This document shows positions 36,607 to 44,053 of a DNA stretch of 64,000 nt, in pieces. The stretch spans positions 20,458 through 84,457 of the IMG/VR virus record IMGVR_UViG_3300005253_000186. One strand, 5' to 3'. Positions within the stretch are counted from its first letter, which is position 1; each line of letters begins with the position of its first letter. The stretch comes from a virus. The notes under the pieces were generated by a model that had not been told where the DNA came from, ran no database searches, and saw nothing but the letters and a program-made list of their open reading frames with translations. The position numbers and the translations under genes are program-made.

Positions 36607-36636
36607 GCTTTCCCCCTATTCAGTTGTCAAAGATCT

Positions 36637-36777
36637 TGGTGTGCCTACTCGGAATTGAACCGAGATCTCCGCTTTCGGATGTTGGCTCATGCAGCCGGTC
36701 CCCCAACCAACTGTAATCCTAGCATCAACACCGCCGAGACAACCGGCGTCGGTATCCTGCCATTAGACGACAGGCCC
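36637..36777 (-). ncRNA. tRNA body with anticodon arm replaced by ~70-nt structured insert
   Basis: acceptor, D and T arms and CCA intact; insert contains GTGTTG-AT-GCT...AGC-CAACAT. Confidence 0.7.
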
Positions 36778-36783
36778 ACCATT

Positions 36784-36858
36784 TGGAGGCCCTGCTCGGA
36801 ATCGAACCGAGATCACTTCGTTACGAGCGAAGTATGTTCCCATTAGCACCACAGGGCC
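36784..36858 (-). tRNA. tRNA-Thr(CGT)
   Basis: cloverleaf, CCA. Confidence 0.9.
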
Positions 36859-36865
36859 GAATTCT

Positions 36866-36985
36866 TGGATCTCGCGCCCGGTTACGATCCGGACCTTCCA
36901 GGCAAAATAGCGGCTCCCTGGAGTCTCAGCTACTAGGGTAGTAGCATCGCTAAAGCCTGGCGTGCAGCCACTACACCACACGAGA
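36866..36985 (-). ncRNA. tRNA body with anticodon loop replaced by ~45-nt structured insert
   Basis: TCTCGTG/CGCGAGA-T-CCA acceptor, CCAGGC/GCCTGG stem enclosing GCG-AT-GCT...AGC-CGC. Confidence 0.7.
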
Positions 36986-36991
36986 TTGTAC

Positions 36992-37067
36992 TGGCGGGCC
37001 AGAAGGGATTCGAACCCTCGATCTTCGCCTCGACAGGGCGCTGCATTGGCCGCTATGCTACTGGCCC
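36992..37067 (-). tRNA. tRNA-Asp(GTC)
   Basis: cloverleaf, CCA. Confidence 0.9.
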
Positions 37068-37077
37068 AATATGCTAT

Positions 37078-37300
37078 AGCCGCTTAGGGGATCGAACCCA
37101 CACCCGTCCTGAGGAGGTAGCGAGGGCACCTAACCGAAGTTCCAGTGCGGGAGTCGAACCCGCTCCTTTCGCATCTCCAGGCAGGATGGTAGCGCCAGCT
37201 CCGGCCATTGTTTTCGGCGCCCAGGGCGGAATCGAACCTGCCATAGCCGCGGCTCAAGCTTTAGCCGTCGTAGCATCGCCGCCACACACCAGTCCGGGCA
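37078..37300 (-). ncRNA. three T-arm-containing tRNA-like mini RNAs (37078-37136, 37141-37210, 37215-37300)
   Basis: each has a GGTTCGA T-arm but no canonical anticodon arm; the third carries the AU-bulged helix; the first two share CGCTACC. Confidence 0.5.
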
Positions 37301-37303
37301 TCT

Positions 37304-37375
37304 TGGCAGGTCGTGAGAGTGCTGCCCTCTCAAGTCCGGGATTTGGAATCCCAGATCCAGGCTGCTGGACGACCT
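37304..37375 (-). tRNA. atypical tRNA-Trp(CCA)
   Basis: 7-bp acceptor plus G-CCA, 4-nt D-loop, 7-bp anticodon stem with TT-CCA-AA, 3-nt variable loop, GGCAGCA T-loop. Confidence 0.7.
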
Positions 37376-37567
37376 ATAGTCTTGACAATTCGTTCTGACG
37401 GGCCCACAGAAGACGGACTCTCTGCAAACGAGTCCTGGGCTTGAACTCTGCGTCAAGAGCAGGTTGCAGCACTTTCTTTCGCTTCTTCTTTGGCTCCCAC
37501 GGTTTCCAGTTTCTGTTCTGGTTCAGCGGGTGCGTCGGATCACAATCTATCATCGCGATCACCCCAC

Positions 37568-37706
37568 AAAAAAACCCTGCGCGCCGGTTGTCCGGCAGCA
37601 GGGTTGCTTTCGGTCAACCGCAAGGGGATTAGAGATCCCAACCCCCGACAAAACCTACTTCGGGCTTGGTCTCGGCCATCTGTGGTCGTGTCGTCTTGCG
37701 GTACAT
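37568..37706 (-). promoter_or_regulatory. leader peptide (37629-37706) plus antiterminator/terminator attenuator
   Basis: 25-codon ORF; CGGTTGACCG after the stop pairs 9/10 with CGGACAACCG inside the terminator hairpin, which ends in a U-tract. Confidence 0.65.
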
Positions 37707-37715
37707 AGTTCTAGC

Positions 37716-37745
37716 ACTGTACGACATGGCGGGAAGGGCTGTCAA
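37716..37745 (-). promoter_or_regulatory. sigma70-type promoter for tRNA cluster
   Basis: TTGACA-18-TACAGT. Confidence 0.65.
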
Positions 37746-37759
37746 GACGCAATTTGAGA

Positions 37760-38269
37760 TTAGTTCAGGCACAATCTGAAAAGATCGGCCCCGGGAAGGC
37801 TGGGCGGGCCATCCCACTGCGTATTGAACGGTTTATCCATCTTCTCGCGATCGAGTTCCCCCCTGGTGTCTGGCAGGACCATCCTTAACACGGTCCTTCC
37901 GCTCTCTTGTGCTTCTATTAGCGCAACATCCATGTTCTTAATTATATCGGAGAGCCTGTCTCCCGCCTTGAATTTCTCTCCCGATTTGATCTTCTCGATG
38001 GCGAGACCGAACAGATTGTGCGCCAAGACCGGAGGCATGGGAGCAACAATCTGAAGATCAGGATGGCCGAAACTTTCGAGGCATCCATGAGTATGATAAT
38101 TGACTCCCGTGGGCGTCTGATCGTCACCACCGCCAATCGCGTGGCAGTACCATCCGTGGTCCTCGATATTTTTCTTCTGCTTTTCCTCTATCTCCTGAAT
38201 GGACTTCTCTTTTGTTTCGTCATCGAGATTACACAGGCCGCAATTGCAACCCCTAGCGTGGACTCTCAT
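37760..38269 (-). CDS. DUF4262-like protein
   Basis: IEDHGWYCHAI...YHTHGCLESFGHPDLQI. Confidence 0.65.
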   Translation of the reverse strand: MRVHARGCNCGLCNLDDETKEKSIQEIEEKQKKNIEDHGWYCHAIGGGDDQTPTGVNYHTHGCLESFGHPDLQIVAPMPPVLAHNLFGLAIEKIKSGEKFKAGDRLSDIIKNMDVALIEAQESGRTVLRMVLPDTRGELDREKMDKPFNTQWDGPPSLPGADLFRLCLN

Positions 38270-38306
38270 GTCTGTAGCCTCCTGCGGCTCATCAATAACC
38301 GATGGC

Positions 38307-38510
38307 TCACCATGTTCTCCTATCCAGTCTGCGCTGAATCGTAATCGAAGCGTCCCGCATAGCCTTGATGCCAACCTCTATGATCGTTCTGTCGTGCGGT
38401 TCCGCTGTCTTCAATCTACGTTCTGCGTCAGCTATCTGAATATTGAGAAGCCTGATCTTCTTTTCAAGCTTATCCTCCCGGTTTTTCGATCGATGAATCG
38501 CTCGAAACAT
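38307..38510 (-). CDS. small coiled-coil protein
   Basis: ORF track. Confidence 0.5.
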   Translation of the reverse strand: MFRAIHRSKNREDKLEKKIRLLNIQIADAERRLKTAEPHDRTIIEVGIKAMRDASITIQRRLDRRTW

Positions 38511-38701
38511 TCATACCACCCCGACTTCTCAGACAAGAAGCGCTCCTTGCCATTGATAATACCGATAGACGGCCCAGGGGGAAAGGGTTTAATCGGAAGT
38601 CCGTCGGGCGAGATACCATCGTTCAGCAACTGCTCATACTTTCTCCACTTCAAGATCTCCGGGCCGTCGAAAGTTCGTTTCCTCTTTTTCTTCTTCGCCA
38701 T
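38432..38701 (-). CDS. hypothetical basic protein
   Basis: AGGAGG RBS. Confidence 0.5.
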   Translation of the reverse strand: MAKKKKRKRTFDGPEILKWRKYEQLLNDGISPDGLPIKPFPPGPSIGIINGKERFLSEKSGWYECFERFIDRKTGRISLKRRSGFSIFR

Positions 38702-38714
38702 GAAGCCTCCTGGT

Positions 38715-38765
38715 AAAAAAAGTGGGGAGGTGGAGGAACACGGCCTAGGCCGGCCCTCCCCACTT
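38715..38765 (-). terminator. intrinsic terminator ending the array/RAMP-like operon
   Basis: AAGTGGGGAGG...CCTCCCCACTT followed by U-tract. Confidence 0.7.
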
Positions 38766-38771
38766 GGTACC

Positions 38772-39413
38772 TTATGCTCGTATCTCTACGAGCTCGAAAG
38801 CTCCGAACTTGCCGCCCCTTTCGGGGCGCCACTCGCCAATGCCGACAGAGCGACCGGCCCTGTCGACTATTGATGCGAGGTCATCCGGCCGCAGAAGATC
38901 TTGGTCAATATCTGCCTTGACGACCATCTCCCAGCCTTTCGGAAAAATGGCTCTGGTCTTCTCGATCATCTTTCTTCCGCTACCGCGTGTGGCGATGTTA
39001 ACTTCCGCCGTATACGGCTTCGGAACAACCTTCGTGACTGGGATAACATCTTCGGGAACATGAACCGCTGCACGAATCAAGTCTCGAAGATCCCAGTCTT
39101 TCACCTCATGGGCCATTCTAGTGCATGCCAGCTTCACGTAGTATCCCGGCATGCCGTACTTCCCATGCTTTCTTTCACTCCACTTCTCCCGACCATCAAC
39201 AGGGCAGAGCGCCTGCTTGAACTGCTCGTCGGGAGTCATCTTCCCGAACACCTTCGGGTCGATTCGGCAGTTACGGATTTCTCCGTGTTTTGTCCGCCAG
39301 TTGCTGCACAGAAGATCTGAGATCCCTCGGATGACGATCTCGATGCTGGTCATCACCATCTTCGGGATATAGACTCTTCCGCCTTGTTGCATCGTTGCCT
39401 GTTCCATGATCAT
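38772..39413 (-). CDS. RAMP/Cas7-like protein, paralogue 2 (Vipr-like)
   Basis: IEIVIRGISDLL first strand; C-terminal G-rich loop RAGRSVGIGEWRPERGGKFGAF; collinear with 39495-40265. Confidence 0.7.
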   Translation of the reverse strand: MIMEQATMQQGGRVYIPKMVMTSIEIVIRGISDLLCSNWRTKHGEIRNCRIDPKVFGKMTPDEQFKQALCPVDGREKWSERKHGKYGMPGYYVKLACTRMAHEVKDWDLRDLIRAAVHVPEDVIPVTKVVPKPYTAEVNIATRGSGRKMIEKTRAIFPKGWEMVVKADIDQDLLRPDDLASIVDRAGRSVGIGEWRPERGGKFGAFELVEIRA

Positions 39414-39494
39414 CCCTCCAGAGAAAGCGGGAGGAGAGGATTCCCGCGGGGGCGAGTTAGTCCTCTCCTCCCAGACAGCACGGAAGAACGCCAG

Positions 39495-40265
39495 CTACTT
39501 CCGTCCGCTGCCCTTTTTGTAGATGATGGGGAAGGCCTCATTCCGGGAGAACAATCTCTTCTTGGGGGCCTTCGTATGCTTCATGGAGACGGGCTCGAAC
39601 CGGCCCATCATCCCATTGCAGGACGGCCTCCAGTCCCCGACACCGACACTCATCCCGGCGCGATATAGAAGATTGAACACCGAGATCTCGTCGATGATCG
39701 ACTTGTCGATGCTCATTACGATGTTCGCCTCCCATTCTGCGGGGAAGCACCCGCGGAAGCGAATGTCCGCGCTCTTGCTTGACGGGAGACGGACCACGTC
39801 TTGCCGATTGTAGGGCGTCATGTTCTCGATCCCCACCACATCGTCTTCCACGAAGAAGCAACCGCGAGCATACGTCATGTTGAGCCCTTCAACGTATCTG
39901 GCAGCTCCGACGCATGCCTGCTTGAAGGCGTGGCCGGCAAGACCGAACTTTCCGGGCTTGTTATCCTTCCACTTCTCCCGCCCGGGCACGACGTAGAGGG
40001 ACTCCATGTACTCCTGGATGGGTTCCCGCAATCCTCTCTTCGGACGAGAGACGTTCATCTGGTTGTCGAGGATTTTCCTTTGGGCCGCAGCCCCGAACCG
40101 ATGCGTGATCAAGGGCGACAGGCCGATGATGTGGATGATGTAGTAAACCCAATCCGGCTTGATGATCTCGATCGTCTTGTTCTCGGCATCCTTGCCGGTC
40201 TTCTTTGCGACCTTCTTGGTCGTCTTCTTTTTCGTGCTCTTCTTTCTCGCTGTCTGTACAGCCAT
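39495..40265 (-). CDS. RAMP/Cas7-like protein, paralogue 1 (Vipr-like)
   Basis: IHIIGLSPLITH, AFKQACVGAA, DVVRL...ADIRFRGCF, G-rich loop RAGMSVGVGDWRPSCNGMMGRF. Confidence 0.75.
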   Translation of the reverse strand: MAVQTARKKSTKKKTTKKVAKKTGKDAENKTIEIIKPDWVYYIIHIIGLSPLITHRFGAAAQRKILDNQMNVSRPKRGLREPIQEYMESLYVVPGREKWKDNKPGKFGLAGHAFKQACVGAARYVEGLNMTYARGCFFVEDDVVGIENMTPYNRQDVVRLPSSKSADIRFRGCFPAEWEANIVMSIDKSIIDEISVFNLLYRAGMSVGVGDWRPSCNGMMGRFEPVSMKHTKAPKKRLFSRNEAFPIIYKKGSGRK

Positions 40266-40379
40266 GTCAAAGACTCCTTCTGGGGTGTGGGACCTTTCGG
40301 CCTCCGGTGATTCATAACTTTATAGATTCTCCGAGTCCTCCGCCTCGGTAATTTGTGTTGGTGAGCAAAATGAACTGAT

Positions 40380-42147
40380 CCAGCCGTAACCTAGCATACC
40401 TGATCGCGCCAAGACGGGCGATGACCTGCCTCCCAGCCACGCCCCGCCGAAGATGGCTTTGACAGCCACCTATGTAAGAGAGGATGTGGGCCCAGAGTCC
40501 TCTGAATTTCTTATACCGTATTTCCAGCCCGGACAAAACGTGCCCTACCGTTCCACACCGCTCCGTGCCAAGCCTACCAGCCTTAACCCGCCTGAACGTG
40601 CGCGACCCTCCCCGACGAGACTTGCACTCCAGCCGTACCCTAGCCCGCCAATTCATAACGCGCAGCAACAGGCTCCGCCCAACAGCGACCTGCCTTCCAG
40701 CCATGCCCCGACGAACATAACGGATCCCCGACCCGACCTGGCGAGCCGAGCCTAGCCGTCCAGCCATACCCTGCCACAACGAAACGGACCTTTCCAGACA
40801 CCTCCGTGCCATCCAGCCGTAACCCGCCGAACCTACCCTAGCCTAACCGATCCGTGCCACAACGTGCCGAACCATACCATCCAGCCGCACCATGCAATTC
40901 CGGACCCAGCAATGCCACTCCGGGCAGAGCCGAGCCTTCCAGCCGTACCTCTACGGGACGTGCCTAGCACTGCCGATCAGCACCATCCACGCCTTCCAGC
41001 CTCAACACAACGTCCCAGGACTAACCTCGCCAAGACCAACCTTCCAGCCTCGCTTCGCTAGCCTTGACGAGCCGTACCGGTCAGCGACGAGCCCGTCCCA
41101 AACTTACCCTCCAGCCGCAACCCACAATAACAGGCCAAGGCCCGACAGGCGGCACCTGACCGCACCTACCAGCCATAACGCGCAGCGCCTAGCCCAACGG
41201 CACCCTGACGCACTTCGCCAGTCCTCCCAGCCAAACCCGAACAGAATAAAACGGATCATACAGAACACTTCCGTGCCGTGCCGTGCAGAACCTAGCCCTC
41301 CAGCCATACCGCACCGAGCCTGTCCGGGTCACGCGGGAACAAGACACACGATGCCATCCAGCCGTACAGGAACACGCCGTGCCGAGCGCGAACCAAACGC
41401 AACCTACGCGGACCAACCACCCAGCCGTAACATGACCCTCGGCAACCAACAGTGACGTGACCAACCCGAACGCACCCAACCATCCAGCCTAGACACAACC
41501 GATCTCGACTTTCCAAGCCAAGCCGAGCCTGACCCTCCAGCCACAACTAGACAAAACAATCCGCCCAAACGGCAACCCCGCCTAATCACGCCATCCAGCC
41601 ATGAGATAACGAGCGCGGCCATGCCGGAACGTGCCCGGACGAACCTAGCCCAACCGGTCCGAACCTTCCAGCCCCACATGAACCCACAGGGCCTAGCCCC
41701 GACGCGCCAGATCCAGACGAGCCTAGACACACCGACCAGCCGTAACTTACCATGCCATTGCGCGCCTAACGCAACGGGCCTCATCCTGCCATCCAGCCAC
41801 ACCCGGATAAATCCGGACAAACCTAACCCGGAGCCGCCCTTCCAACCAGCCGTACCGGGACAAAACAATCCGGGACGGGACGAGCCTTGCCTATCCACGC
41901 CCCTCCAGCCATAACCCGCTCAGACGAACCCGGACTCGCATGACCCTCCTCGCCTCTCCGTCCAGCCGTGCCAAACAACGCCGCAACACAACCCAGCACA
42001 ACACGCAAGGCCTGGCCTGGCCTACCAGCCGTAACATCCCCTCCATGACAGACGGTGACGTACCCATCCAGGGCGCACCATGCCATCTCCAGCCATACCC
42101 CGCCGTACACTGACGAACCCAAACGTTCCAGAACGTGCCAGCCAGCC
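40380..42147 (-). repeat. non-coding array of 30 GGCTGG-delimited units made of GGY-NN pentamers (candidate guide-RNA array)
   Basis: CCAGCC on + strand at 30 positions; 21 of 29 spacings are 48/53/58/63/68/73 nt (5n+3). Confidence 0.9.
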
Positions 42148-42849
42148 TTAATCGCCACCCGCTGAGTCGCGGTGACGAGAAAGATAGATCTTCCTCGGGC
42201 GCTTCTGGTGCTTCCGCTCCTTGTTGATGCCGGACAGGATCGAATCGCACTTGCCCCTGATGGTATTGCACAGCTTCGCGAGAACCTTCATGTACTGATA
42301 CTTATCGGCGATATGACGGAGATCATTCGCGGCGTTAATTAGCGCCTGCTGGCGCATGTCCGGATCAGACATGACCTCGAAGGTCGGAAAGTAACGCCGA
42401 TCCGTCTGACGATCTCCGGTCTGGATGGAGATCATAATCGGTGACTCGATCATCTGCCCTCTTGCGTCCGTGTCGATCACGATGATCGAACGGCAGAGAT
42501 ACTTGGCCTGTTCAATGCGCCACTTGTCCGCTGCGACCTTGTTGACCCAATCAAAATAAGGGTTGAGCGGAGAGGATCCTTGGGACGCCGCGCTAACGAT
42601 GTTCTCCGGCGTGCAGTCAACGCCACTGGATGCCAGGTCATACAGGGCGGCGCCATACGTCTTGGCCTCCACCTTGTTCAGGCGTGCTCCTGGACCAGGC
42701 TTGAAATCTCGATTATCAATGTGGACGGATCCGTTGACCCATACGACTTCGTGCGGACCCTTGGCCTTCGGTGGCTTTCTGGCCGATTTCCTCTTAGAGG
42801 ACTTCTTCTTGTCTTTCGCCTTCTTTACTGTCTTCTTCTTCTTTGCCAA
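42148..42849 (-). CDS. conserved phage protein co-transcribed with the array
   Basis: TPENIVSAA...SPLNPYFDW...AADKWRIEQAKYLCRSI; stop codon abuts first array unit; GGTATAAG promoter at 42897. Confidence 0.75.
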   Translation of the reverse strand: MAKKKKTVKKAKDKKKSSKRKSARKPPKAKGPHEVVWVNGSVHIDNRDFKPGPGARLNKVEAKTYGAALYDLASSGVDCTPENIVSAASQGSSPLNPYFDWVNKVAADKWRIEQAKYLCRSIIVIDTDARGQMIESPIMISIQTGDRQTDRRYFPTFEVMSDPDMRQQALINAANDLRHIADKYQYMKVLAKLCNTIRGKCDSILSGINKERKHQKRPRKIYLSRHRDSAGGD

Positions 42850-42908
42850 CTTCGGTCTCCTGTTCTGAGGGGATCAAAAGAAAACGCTACAGTCTTCTTA
42901 TACCGGAA

Positions 42909-43271
42909 TCAGGTAGCGCCAATCGCCTGCTTCATTGCGTAGGCCATTTTAATGAACACGCCCTCGAACATCTTCTCGATGATCTTGTCGGCGTGCTCAG
43001 CAACAACTTCCTTGAACAGACCAGCAGGATCTCCCCAGGTGGATCCCCAGTAATCCATATCGGAAACCTGAGTCCGGATCATCTCCTTGATGCGCTTGTC
43101 GAGCGCCTCTTTGATCCAATTCTCAAGTTCGCGTTTTCTGCTCCCGGTGACGAGCTCGTAGATCTGGCCCCGGACCATCTTGTCCCATTCTTCTTCGGGA
43201 ATTGCCTCTGTGATATAGTGGGCGACCTTCTGCGCGACGATCGCCTGGATATTCATCTCACCCGCGTCCAT
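42909..43271 (-). CDS. hypothetical helical protein
   Basis: start reassigned to MDAGEM. Confidence 0.55.
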   Translation of the reverse strand: MDAGEMNIQAIVAQKVAHYITEAIPEEEWDKMVRGQIYELVTGSRKRELENWIKEALDKRIKEMIRTQVSDMDYWGSTWGDPAGLFKEVVAEHADKIIEKMFEGVFIKMAYAMKQAIGAT

Positions 43272-43746
43272 CCTTTGCCTTTCCGATCTCCGCGTATTCG
43301 CCTGGGTACCAGGGATACTCGGTTGGATCTCTATGGTAGACGCCGCCCGTTGCCGTTTGGTCGAACATGGCATACGCCTTGAGCCTAGGAAGGGCATCTG
43401 AAGATATTTCCTCCTTGAGCTCCCGGGCTGTCACCCATCTGTATTCGGTGTGCTCGGAGTTTATCGTAACCTCTGGGTCGATGACCATCGTAGCCTTGAA
43501 AATAACGAAGACGAATGTCCCCCCGTTATCCGTCCCGTTCGAGAACACCATCGCGATCTTCGTCGGTCGGATCTCGAACCCGGTCTCCTCAAGAACCTCT
43601 CTTGCTGCTGCCTGCTCCAGGTTTTCGGGTGGTTCAACCTTGCCTCCAGGAAAGTTCCACTTCCCGTTATCCGACCTCCTGAGGACCAGGACTCTGCGAT
43701 CGCGCATTCTTTGGATTACTGTCGATACGGCTACTTTAGGCTCCAT
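43258..43746 (-). CDS. Nudix hydrolase
   Basis: Nudix box GGKVEPPENLEQAAAREVLEETG. Confidence 0.92.
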   Translation of the reverse strand: MEPKVAVSTVIQRMRDRRVLVLRRSDNGKWNFPGGKVEPPENLEQAAAREVLEETGFEIRPTKIAMVFSNGTDNGGTFVFVIFKATMVIDPEVTINSEHTEYRWVTARELKEEISSDALPRLKAYAMFDQTATGGVYHRDPTEYPWYPGEYAEIGKAKDGRG

Positions 43747-44053
43747 GTTTGGTCTTCCCTTTGCTAGTGGTCACGCGGTTGAACCTGATTGCCACTTTCG
43801 CATCGTCTGGGGAATGCACTTCGCAGTCATGAAGCTGGCACCCTATCACCTTGCCCTTATCCATAATATGGACAATGCAGTCCTCAAGATTACAGTCCTT
43901 GAGGCGCGACTTCTCCCGAACCTCGACTACGCAGTCACGGAACGAACACGACTTTACATCGCAATTGTCAAAGATCGCAATGCGTCCAGACCTGAATGCC
44001 TGCGAGAAAAGGCTTGTACGAACGTTCACTGTTGGGCGATGGCTAGGCCTCAT
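43736..44053 (-). CDS. beta-helix/pentapeptide-like repeat protein
   Basis: repeated xxC.[FL].DC.V units. Confidence 0.55.
   Translation of the reverse strand: MRPSHRPTVNVRTSLFSQAFRSGRIAIFDNCDVKSCSFRDCVVEVREKSRLKDCNLEDCIVHIMDKGKVIGCQLHDCEVHSPDDAKVAIRFNRVTTSKGKTKHGA

Noticed and set aside
36637-36985. Group I/II introns in tRNAs
   Set aside because: Inserts of ~45-70 nt are far too short and lack ribozyme core motifs.
40380-42147. Canonical CRISPR array
   Set aside because: The constant element is only 6-8 nt, not a 23-50-nt repeat; the spacers are themselves 5-nt periodic; no cas1/cas2.
40312-42271. Many Arg/Gly/Trp- or Pro-rich ORFs in the ORF track
   Set aside because: They overlap in several frames on both strands, lack RBSs and arise from the GC-rich repeat; a 5-nt period is not compatible with coding.
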